Shown here: piece by piece, positions 24,793 to 32,000 of the stretch
Layout of the letters: every line of letters starts with the position of its first letter
How positions within the stretch are numbered: the stretch's first letter is position 1
Source of the DNA: Promethearchaeum syntrophicum
Lineage (GTDB): Archaea; Asgardarchaeota; Lokiarchaeia; Sigyniarchaeales; Promethearchaeaceae
Direction of reading: 5' to 3'
Assembly: GCF_008000775.2 (NCBI RefSeq)
Contig: NZ_CP042905.2
Location: 1,260,001 to 1,292,000 of the forward strand
Length of the DNA stretch: 32,000 bases
Notes under the pieces: model-generated
Told to the model about the DNA's origin: nothing
Databases searched by the model: none
What the model saw: only the letters and a program-made list of their open reading frames with translations
Position numbers and translations under genes: made by a program

Positions 24793-26169
24793 TTATTCAT
24801 ATTGGGGAATATATTTTTTTTTCATCAACATTTTCGTTTGATCTTGAGATAATTTTATCAAATTTCTTGCAGTTATCTCTGCTTCATCTCGAGTTAAATG
24901 AATACGTGCAATATTTTGTTCAATAGCTTTTTGTCCGACAGCAACGGCTTCACGGATAAATATATCCGTATCTTGCATTGTGGGTACAATATAATCTTCT
25001 GTGATTCCTTTATCATAAGCAAAGGCTGCTAGCTCTTCAGCAGCAGCAATACACATTTCATCAGTTATTGTAGAAGCACGTACATCTAATGTTCCCCTAA
25101 ATATTCCCGGAAAGCCGATGGAATTATTTACTTGGTTTGGAAAATCAGAACGACCTGTTGCTATAACCTTTGCCCCTGCTTCTTTAGCATCCCATGGAAA
25201 TATTTCGGGTACAGGATTAGCACAAACAAATACAATTGAATCATCAGCCATCTTAGAGATCCATTCCTTCTTTATAACACCTGGACCAGGTTTAGAAAGG
25301 GAAATTAACACATCTGCTCCTTTAAGAGCGGTTCCACAATCACCTTGTAATTGTTCGGGATTAGTTTGTTGAACAATTTCATGCTTATAATTTTCTGGTG
25401 AGATTAGATCCTCACGTTCTTTATATAATATTCCTTTCGAGTCAACAAATAAAGATTTTCTGATATCAAATCCAGCAAGACCTAATAATCGCTGTATAGC
25501 AAAATTACTTGATCCAACACCATTAAAAACTATATGGATATCTTGTTTTTTCTTTCCAACAATTTTAATTGCATTTAACATCCCTGCTAGGGTAACACAA
25601 GCAGTTCCTTGTTGGTCATCATGCCAAACAGGAATTTTAACATCTGGGTCTTTTCTCAATGTATCTAATACTTTGAAACATTTTGGTTTTTGAATATCTT
25701 CTAAATTAATTCCTCCAAAAGTTGGTTGAATCCATTTAACTAATTGAATAATTTGCTCAGCATCCATTCCAGGACCGACACACATAGGAAAAGCATCGAC
25801 ACCGCCTAAATATTTAAAAAGTAGCGCTTTTCCTTCCATTACAGGTAATCCTGCTTCAGGACCAATATTCCCTAATCCCAATACGCGGGTTCCATCACTC
25901 ACTACAGCTACATAATTCCACTTACTGGTATGTTCATATACTTTTTGAGGATTTTCTTTAATATCCAGACATGGGGCTGCAACCCCTGGAGAATACCAAA
26001 TTCCAAAATCATTGAAATCTCTGATAGTACACCGCGGTAAAACTTGCACTTTTCCTCTATAGAAAGGATGCATCTTTAAGGAATCTATTGCTGGTTGTTT
26101 GGATCGTTCCATTAATTCCTCTTTTGTAAGTTTAACGTTTTTGTTAAAAAACCTTCGATTATTATTCAA
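24793..26169 (-). CDS. NAD(P)-dependent malic enzyme (malate dehydrogenase, oxaloacetate-decarboxylating)
   Basis: GIWYSPGVAAPC, VAVVSDGTRVLGLGNIGPEAGLPVMEGKALLFKYLGGVDAFP, WHDDQQGTACVTLAGMLNA and FNGVGSSNFAI are the conserved blocks of prokaryotic short-form malic enzymes. The track start is TTG at 26169. An in-frame ATG at 26112 is an alternative. Confidence 0.9.
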   Translation of the reverse strand: MNNNRRFFNKNVKLTKEELMERSKQPAIDSLKMHPFYRGKVQVLPRCTIRDFNDFGIWYSPGVAAPCLDIKENPQKVYEHTSKWNYVAVVSDGTRVLGLGNIGPEAGLPVMEGKALLFKYLGGVDAFPMCVGPGMDAEQIIQLVKWIQPTFGGINLEDIQKPKCFKVLDTLRKDPDVKIPVWHDDQQGTACVTLAGMLNAIKIVGKKKQDIHIVFNGVGSSNFAIQRLLGLAGFDIRKSLFVDSKGILYKEREDLISPENYKHEIVQQTNPEQLQGDCGTALKGADVLISLSKPGPGVIKKEWISKMADDSIVFVCANPVPEIFPWDAKEAGAKVIATGRSDFPNQVNNSIGFPGIFRGTLDVRASTITDEMCIAAAEELAAFAYDKGITEDYIVPTMQDTDIFIREAVAVGQKAIEQNIARIHLTRDEAEITARNLIKLSQDQTKMLMKKKYIPQYE

Positions 26170-26283
26170 CTTAATATCAATTTCACCTTATTCTTTTTGA
26201 AGTTAAGTAACAGATTATTAACAATTTTTTAGAATTCGGTAAAAAAATCATTTTAAGAAAATCAGATAAATTTCGATAGCGAT

Positions 26284-26296
26284 AAAGTATTATTAT
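26284..26296 (+). promoter_or_regulatory. TATA-like element (AAAGTATTATTAT) upstream of the GlpA-like operon
   Basis: Centred about 28 nt upstream of ATG 26318 in the 148-nt divergent intergenic region shared with the malic enzyme gene. No SD. Confidence 0.3.
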
Positions 26297-26317
26297 CTTC
26301 GCGATATGTGATTATAT

Positions 26318-27808
26318 ATGTCCTCCATAAAAGTATATGATGTTGCCATTATTGGATCGGGGTGTGTCGGATCTGCCATTGCACAACGTCTTTCTAAATA
26401 TAATCTAAAAGTAGCACTTATAGATAAAGAAGCGGATGTTTGTATGGGAGCTTCTAAGGCAAATTCGGGCATTATTCATCAAGGTTATTTCACAACCAAA
26501 GGTTCCTTAAAGGAAAAGTTATGTTTACGTGGAAATGAATTATTTGAAGATATATGCCCAAAAATTGGAGTAGGTTTTGAGAGAATTGGAGCAATTTTCT
26601 GTGCAACAAGTAAGATTGAACTTGAGACTTTGCAAAGCGAACTAATAAAAAGTCAAAATCGTGGTGTAGATGTTGAACTGATTACCGATTTAAAATTAAT
26701 TCATGAAATGGAACCTCAATTAAATGAAAATATTATCGCAATTCTACATTTTCCGAGAGCGGGGATTATAATCCCTTTTGAATTAACGATTGCACTCGCA
26801 GAACATGCAGTTATTAATGGAGTTGATTTGTTTTTAGAATATGAAGTAGGGTTCATAAAAAAAAAAAAGCAAAACGAAAATTTTGAAATTCATTCAGCCA
26901 AAGGTAGAAAAATAGAGGCAAAAACAATAATTAATGCAGCTGGTATATATTCTGATAAAATTGCTCGTATGGTTGGTCTTGAAGAATTTATAATCATACC
27001 ACGTAGAGGCGAATATATTCTCTTTGATAAAGATTCCCTTCCCTTAAATAAAATTATTTTTCCAACTCCTACGCCGGCTTCTAAAGGAATCGTGATAAGT
27101 AAAACTTACCATGGCAACTTTTTTATAGGTCCAAATGCGTCTGAAATCGAGAGCAAGGAGGGAATAAACACTACGTCTGTTGGATTAAATGAAATCATAT
27201 CGGGAGCTTTAAAAATTATCAAAAATCTGCCTTTCAGGAAAAATATAACAAATTTTGCAGGTATTCGTGCCTCTACTCTCCAGCATGATTTTATAGTAGA
27301 AGAAAGTAGTATCCCTCATTTTATCAATGTTGCTGGAATCGATTCACCAGGTCTTTCATCATCATTAGCAATTGCGGAATATGTTGAGAATATATTAAAG
27401 AATAAATGCGGATATGAATTTATAAAAAAAGAAAATTATATTGCTACTAGAAAACAACAAACATTACTTTCAGATTTATCCGAATTAGAATTGGCTGAGA
27501 AAATTAAAGAAAATCCACAATGGGGTCAAATTATTTGTAGATGTGAACAAGTTTCTGAAGCAGAAATAGTAGAAGCTTGTCATGGGCCAATTCCAGTGAC
27601 AAACACAGATATGATAAAAAGACGATTAAGACCTGGAATGGGGCGTTGCCAGGGCGGTTTTTGTTTACCTAAAGTTATGAAAATTATTAGTAGAGAAAAA
27701 GATATAATTCTCGAGCGAGTCACTAAAACTGGTGGAAAATCTTTTATTGTATTTAGAAGAACCAAATTACTAAGATCAGAAGTCATAGAAAAAGGAGATA
27801 TACTATAG
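26318..27808 (+). CDS. FAD-dependent oxidoreductase, anaerobic glycerol-3-phosphate dehydrogenase (GlpA)-like, with C-terminal BFD-like [2Fe-2S] domain
   Basis: N-terminal VAIIGSGCVGSAIAQRLS...ALIDKE (DAO-type FAD fold). C-terminal ICRCEQVSEAEIVEACHG...RLRPGMGRCQGGFC (BFD-like Cys pattern). Confidence 0.85.
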   Translation: MSSIKVYDVAIIGSGCVGSAIAQRLSKYNLKVALIDKEADVCMGASKANSGIIHQGYFTTKGSLKEKLCLRGNELFEDICPKIGVGFERIGAIFCATSKIELETLQSELIKSQNRGVDVELITDLKLIHEMEPQLNENIIAILHFPRAGIIIPFELTIALAEHAVINGVDLFLEYEVGFIKKKKQNENFEIHSAKGRKIEAKTIINAAGIYSDKIARMVGLEEFIIIPRRGEYILFDKDSLPLNKIIFPTPTPASKGIVISKTYHGNFFIGPNASEIESKEGINTTSVGLNEIISGALKIIKNLPFRKNITNFAGIRASTLQHDFIVEESSIPHFINVAGIDSPGLSSSLAIAEYVENILKNKCGYEFIKKENYIATRKQQTLLSDLSELELAEKIKENPQWGQIICRCEQVSEAEIVEACHGPIPVTNTDMIKRRLRPGMGRCQGGFCLPKVMKIISREKDIILERVTKTGGKSFIVFRRTKLLRSEVIEKGDIL

Positions 27809-27820
27809 GGGGAAAAACGA

Positions 27821-29167
27821 ATGAAAAACCAACAGACTATTAAAAAAAATATTAAAGAGTATGATATTGAGGTAGTGATCATTGGAGGGGGTCCTGCTGG
27901 ATTAGCCGCCGCATTAGCTGCTTGTGATGAAGGAGCTTCTGTTGCTATCTTAGAGAGAGATCATGAATTGGGCGGTATTTTACAACAATGTATTCATAAT
28001 GGATTTGGTCTTCGTTATTTCAAAGAAGAACTTACTGGACCTGAATATGCTCAAAGATTTATCAACAAAGTTCGTGAAAGCGGTATCAAAATATTTCTTA
28101 ATACAATGGTTCTGCAAATATCATCTAACAAAACTATAACTACTATAAACCCTGAGAATGGTGTGGTTCATGTTAACGCAAAATCAATTGTTCTTGGAAT
28201 GGGGTGTAGAGAAAGAACTAGAGGAGCAATTAATATTCCGGGGACACGGCCTGCGGGGATCTTTCCCGCTGGTCAAGCACAACGTTTTATTAATATAGAA
28301 GGTTATTTCCCCGGTAAAAGAGTATTGATTCTAGGTTCTGGAGATATAGGGATGATTATGGCTAGAAGGTGTATGATGGAAGGAATTAAAGTTGTTGCTG
28401 TTGCAGAAGTTCTACCTTATCCCAGTGGTCTTAAAAGAAATCAAGTTCAATGTCTTGATGATTATGGAATCCCTTTATATCTAAGACATACAATCATAGA
28501 TATTCGCGGTAAAGAAAGAGTTGAAGGAGTCACCATTGCAGAAATTGATGAAAAATGGAGGCCAATACCTGGAACAGAAAAAACTTGGGATGTAGATACA
28601 ATTCTCTTTTCTGTTGGACTAATCCCCGAGAATGAGCTTTCATCTAGTGCTGGATGCAAAATTGCAGGTAATGGAGGTCCAGAAGTAGATGAATTTCTAC
28701 AAACAACTGTTTCTGGTATATTTGCAGCGGGGAATGTTCTCCAAGTGCATGATTTGGTTGATTTTGTAACATTTGAAGCTGCAAGAGCTGGAGTAAATGC
28801 TGCTAAATATGCAAAAGGCATTTTTCCAATTAAAGAAGCCCAAAATGAATATATTTTTACTAAAACAGGGACAAACGTAGGATATGTTGTCCCCGAACGC
28901 ATCTGTGGATTAAAAAATTCCAAAGAACCCTATGAAATTGAATTCTCATTCCGTGTGAAAAATCCCAGACAGAATATTATAGTAGAAATTATTTCAAACG
29001 AAAAAATCATTTATAAGAGAAAACAGAAATTTGTTTTACCCTCAGAAATGATCCATCTTAAAACAAAACTCAATCCTATGGATGTAGGTGAAGATTTGAT
29101 AATAAATATCATTGAACAAGATAGTACAGTTAATGTTATTGAAAGGGAAATGTTGGAGGGTAGCTGA
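27821..29167 (+). CDS. NAD(P)/FAD-dependent pyridine nucleotide-disulfide-type oxidoreductase (NOX-like subunit)
   Basis: Two Rossmann motifs: VVIIGGGPAGLAAALAACDEGASVAILER and VLILGSGDIGMIMARR. GGGGG SD 8 nt upstream of the ATG. Lies 13 nt after the preceding gene. Confidence 0.85.
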   Translation: MKNQQTIKKNIKEYDIEVVIIGGGPAGLAAALAACDEGASVAILERDHELGGILQQCIHNGFGLRYFKEELTGPEYAQRFINKVRESGIKIFLNTMVLQISSNKTITTINPENGVVHVNAKSIVLGMGCRERTRGAINIPGTRPAGIFPAGQAQRFINIEGYFPGKRVLILGSGDIGMIMARRCMMEGIKVVAVAEVLPYPSGLKRNQVQCLDDYGIPLYLRHTIIDIRGKERVEGVTIAEIDEKWRPIPGTEKTWDVDTILFSVGLIPENELSSSAGCKIAGNGGPEVDEFLQTTVSGIFAAGNVLQVHDLVDFVTFEAARAGVNAAKYAKGIFPIKEAQNEYIFTKTGTNVGYVVPERICGLKNSKEPYEIEFSFRVKNPRQNIIVEIISNEKIIYKRKQKFVLPSEMIHLKTKLNPMDVGEDLIINIIEQDSTVNVIEREMLEGS

Positions 29168-29168
29168 A

Positions 29169-29564
29169 ATGGATGAAAAGGAAAACAAAGAAGTGAATGA
29201 AAAAGAGATTATTTGTGTGGTCTGTCCAAATAGTTGTAGACTGAAAGTGTCTCAAGATCCTGACACTAAAGATATTACTGTAGAGGGAAATCTTTGCCCT
29301 CGTGGAAAAAAATACGGTATTTCCGAATATTCGAACCCAGTTCGCATGTTGATTACTACTATGAGGGTTGAAAAAGGAAAATTACCCGTAATTCCGGTTC
29401 GATCTACTGAACCTATCCCTAAATCTTTACTTCTTGATGCAGTAAAAATTGTAAATGACACTCATTGCTCTGCTCCTATAAAAATGGGTGATGTTCTTAT
29501 TGATAATATATTAAATACTAAGATTTCAGTGATTGCTTCAAGGGATATTGATGTGAAAAACTAA
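29169..29564 (+). CDS. DUF1667 domain protein (third subunit of the GlpA-like/NOX-like cluster)
   Basis: IICVVCPNSCRLKV...EGNLCPRGKKYGISEYSNPVRMLITTMRV matches the DUF1667 Cys pattern as I recall it. I prefer ATG 29169 (GGAGGG 8-9 nt upstream, 1 nt after the previous stop) over the track start at 29112. Confidence 0.8.
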   Translation: MDEKENKEVNEKEIICVVCPNSCRLKVSQDPDTKDITVEGNLCPRGKKYGISEYSNPVRMLITTMRVEKGKLPVIPVRSTEPIPKSLLLDAVKIVNDTHCSAPIKMGDVLIDNILNTKISVIASRDIDVKN

Positions 29565-29604
29565 CAAATCTTCAATTAAAATTTATATAAAAAATTGGGG
29601 GAAT

Positions 29605-30795
29605 GTGAAATTGCATAGAGAAAAATTATTAGAAATGATCATTAATGAAGCTCACGATTGTGAATCATATTTAATCGAAATGCGAAGATATTTTCACATG
29701 CACCCAGAGACCATGTATGATGAAGAAAACACTGCTTCATATATAGAAAAAGAATTAACAAATATCGGTTTTTCCCCTGTTAGAGTTGCTGGTACGGGTA
29801 TTACAGCGATTTTAAAAGGAAATAATAAGGGAAAAACAATTGGGCTTAGGGCAGATATGGATGCATTAAATATTACTGAAAAAAATGAAAAATCATATGT
29901 CAGTAAAATACCCGGAAAAATGCATGCCTGTGGTCATGATGCTCATATGGCATGTCTTTTAGGGGCAGCCCGTATTTTATGGAAATTTAAAGATAATCTC
30001 ATCGGAAATGTCAAATTCATATTTCAACCTGCAGAAGAAGGTGGAGCAGGGGCTTATAAAATGATTAATGAAGGAGTACTTGATGACGTAGATGAAATTT
30101 TTGGTTTGCATGTATGGAGTCCTCTTGAATCGGGAAAAATTGGCTTATGTCCGGGACCAATAATGGCTTCCTCAGATATGTTCGAAATAACAATCAAAGG
30201 AAAAGGTGGTCATGCTGCTTTTCCTCATTTATGCATTGATCCAAGTGCGATAGTTCCTGATATCTATGATGCTTTCCAAAAAATATTAACACGTGAAATC
30301 GATCCCCTAGAGCCTACTGTAATTTCAATACCTGTCTTCAAGGGTAGTAATGCACATAATGTAATACCTTCGAAATTTACTCTTCAAGGAACTATTCGTA
30401 CTCTAAATCCTACAATTAGAAAATATATCATTAAGAGGATGCATGAAGTCCTAAAAGGATATGCAGAAGCATGGAGATGTAAGGCAAAATTAAAATTTAT
30501 TGAGCCTTCTTATCCCACTGTTATTAATGATGAAGAATTAACTGAAAAAATATCTGAATTATTAGATCCTTTAGGACCTATTACAAGCATTCCCCCAAGC
30601 ATGGGGGGAGAAGATTTCTCATTTTTTCAACAAAAAGTTAGAGGTGTTTTTCTATTTTTGGGGATTAAAAATATCGAAAAAGGAATATTAAATCCGCATC
30701 ATCACCCAAATTTTGATATCGATGAGGATATTCTATGGAAAGGTGCAGCCATCTATTCAATTTTGGGATTTAAAAATTTTAACGTTGATTTCTAG
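29605..30795 (+). CDS. M20-family amidohydrolase (aminoacylase / hippurate-hydrolase type, M20D)
   Basis: FHMHPE, LRADMDAL, HACGHDAH, FQPAEEG and MGGEDFSFF are blocks characteristic of the M20D amidohydrolase group. GTG start at 29605 after GGGGGAA; TTG at 29611 is an alternative. Confidence 0.9.
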   Translation: MKLHREKLLEMIINEAHDCESYLIEMRRYFHMHPETMYDEENTASYIEKELTNIGFSPVRVAGTGITAILKGNNKGKTIGLRADMDALNITEKNEKSYVSKIPGKMHACGHDAHMACLLGAARILWKFKDNLIGNVKFIFQPAEEGGAGAYKMINEGVLDDVDEIFGLHVWSPLESGKIGLCPGPIMASSDMFEITIKGKGGHAAFPHLCIDPSAIVPDIYDAFQKILTREIDPLEPTVISIPVFKGSNAHNVIPSKFTLQGTIRTLNPTIRKYIIKRMHEVLKGYAEAWRCKAKLKFIEPSYPTVINDEELTEKISELLDPLGPITSIPPSMGGEDFSFFQQKVRGVFLFLGIKNIEKGILNPHHHPNFDIDEDILWKGAAIYSILGFKNFNVDF

Positions 30796-30849
30796 AAAAT
30801 ATTCAAAAATATCTAAAATTATCAAGAAAAATATTGAAAAAAAACTAAA

Positions 30850-32000
30850 TTATAGTAAATTCGGTTTTCGTTTTTGAATCTTCGTAGCGACTATACATAC
30901 TGCTGTAGAACTAAGTAATATTAATGGAATTATTGAATATCCGGGAAGTTCGAAAGGATCCTCCTCAAACCCCTTCTTAAATTCAACAAAAAGAGTATGA
31001 TCCGAATCTACATTTTCAAATGTATAATTATGCGGTGTTCCAATAATAGTTCCATCGATATTTACACTATCAACCATAAATCCCTCATCTGGAATGAATT
31101 TGAAAAATCTATCATCACCTTCCAATACTGAAATTTCACCTTCAGGATCAATAATACCATTATTGCTGCTGCTTGTATTAATTGTATAATAAATGAAATC
31201 TCCTCTAAAATCTAAATAGGGGTTCCTACCAAACCATTCTTCATGAGATCCAGTATAATAAACATTTGGTGTAGGATGAATTAAATTTTCCCCTAACATT
31301 TCATCCAAAATAGAATTAATTCTTAAACGTAATGTATCAGAACCCGTTTGTACTGGAATTCCAAATTCATCTTCTTTGAATACATCTTTAATAAATAATA
31401 ATTCAGAATCTTCTTCTTTAATTTCGCTTAATACAGCAAAATTTCCAAGAACAACATCTACTGTTCCGTACTTGAGAGCTTCAATTGCTAAAGTAATAGT
31501 AGAAAACCTCACTTTTTCAGCAACTATACCTTCGTCATCGATATACGATTCACCCGCTGTACCATCTTGAACACCAACAGAAACTAGAGTTGAATTAATA
31601 TCAGCAATCGACTCAATTCCTTTTGGATTATCATCATTAACCATTATTGCTAAAGCACTTCTATAATACCAACGTGAAAAGTCCATTTCACTCTCTCTTT
31701 CTGGTGTTATTGTGATGGCTGAAATCGCGCAATCAAATTCACCATTTTGTAAATCTGCAAAGATATTTGTCCAATATACATCTACCCATTCTATAGAAAC
31801 TCCAATATCATTAGCGATATATTGCATAATATCTGGATCAAAACCTTCAATTTCGTCAGTAACTGAATTTATTTGTTCAAAAGGTGGATATCCTACATCA
31901 ATTCCAACAACAATTTTTCCCGCATCAATCACATCTTGTAAACTAGAATCTTCTATAGGGGTTGCGGATGAGTCAGAAACAAAAAAAAATAAGAAGGGTA
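30850..32000 (-). CDS. Extracellular solute-binding protein (family 3, amino-acid type) with an extra beta-rich domain and C-terminal membrane anchor; N-terminus off-window
   Basis: IVVGIDVGYPPFE...DPDIMQYIANDIG...FDCAISAITITPERESEMDFSRWYY is the SBP_bac_3 pattern. The track starts it at GTG 31932, but the frame stays open to nt 31998 (PFLFFFVSDSSATPIEDSSLQD...), so the true start and signal peptide lie beyond the window. The C-terminus is LPGYSIIPLILLSSTAVCIVATKIQKRK. Confidence 0.8.
   Translation of the reverse strand, partial: PFLFFFVSDSSATPIEDSSLQDVIDAGKIVVGIDVGYPPFEQINSVTDEIEGFDPDIMQYIANDIGVSIEWVDVYWTNIFADLQNGEFDCAISAITITPERESEMDFSRWYYRSALAIMVNDDNPKGIESIADINSTLVSVGVQDGTAGESYIDDEGIVAEKVRFSTITLAIEALKYGTVDVVLGNFAVLSEIKEEDSELLFIKDVFKEDEFGIPVQTGSDTLRLRINSILDEMLGENLIHPTPNVYYTGSHEEWFGRNPYLDFRGDFIYYTINTSSSNNGIIDPEGEISVLEGDDRFFKFIPDEGFMVDSVNIDGTIIGTPHNYTFENVDSDHTLFVEFKKGFEEDPFELPGYSIIPLILLSSTAVCIVATKIQKRKPNLL

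Noticed and set aside
26857-26868. A12 homopolymer inside the GlpA-like CDS (encodes IKKKKQ)
   Set aside because: The reading frame is intact through it and the protein is collinear with the family on both sides. I note it only as a potential sequencing or slippage hot spot, not a programmed frameshift.
2506-28923. Antisense or alternative-frame track ORFs inside long genes. Examples: 2506-2799, 2632-2862, 3260-3541, 6539-6730, 7928-8413, 8668-8913, 9476-9700, 10988-11173, 12460-12732, 12880-13290, 14244-14543, 14646-14852, 19531-19716, 20089-20343, 21483-21698, 22330-22740, 23422-23616, 25118-25372, 27580-27882, 28462-28923, 29252-29461 and 31376-31570
   Set aside because: All are embedded in longer ORFs with recognisable family motifs. 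Their translations are Ile/Phe/Lys/Ser-rich, as expected from reading AT-rich coding DNA in the wrong frame or strand, and none has its own start-site signals.
29112-29168. Upstream extension of the DUF1667 ORF (track start 29112)
   Set aside because: It would overlap the preceding gene by 56 nt. ATG 29169 has a GGAGGG SD, and DUF1667 proteins begin shortly before the CxxCPxxC motif.
1-32000. Searched by eye for CRISPR arrays, rRNA/tRNA genes, IS/transposase or integrase genes, terminal inverted repeats and toxin-antitoxin or known defence genes
   Set aside because: No regularly spaced direct repeats, no GC-rich structured-RNA islands, and no ORF with transposase, integrase, nuclease or defence-type motifs. 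Coding density leaves no room for them.

Overview
Gene-dense, strongly AT-rich window with archaeal hallmarks: TATA-like boxes about 25-30 nt upstream of first-gene start codons, Shine-Dalgarno motifs mainly on operon-internal genes, an archaeal-type SepF, and sequon-rich giant surface proteins. It also encodes a Rag/Gtr-like small GTPase fused to a roadblock-like domain. My best guess is an Asgard (Lokiarchaeia-like) genome, but that is inference. I call 18 protein-coding genes. Two run off the window edges, and the one at 1-1481 is missing from the supplied ORF track. I found no rRNA, tRNA, CRISPR or IS elements. Left to right: two paralogous CrtI-like flavoenzymes flanking a GPH/MFS_2 transporter; SepF; a metallophosphoesterase; a 15.9-kb minus-strand operon; a Rag-like GTPase-wH-roadblock protein with a possible longin-like neighbour; malic enzyme; a GlpA-like/NOX-like/DUF1667 triad; an M20 amidohydrolase; and a C-terminally anchored solute-binding protein. 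The operon encodes an ABC ATPase with an extra C-terminal domain and two paralogous double-FtsX permeases. Between the permease genes lie two giant type-I membrane-anchored surface proteins, one an S8 subtilase with a cytoplasmic double zinc-ribbon tail. This operon, possibly together with the adjacent GTPase module, is the best candidate for an undescribed system.
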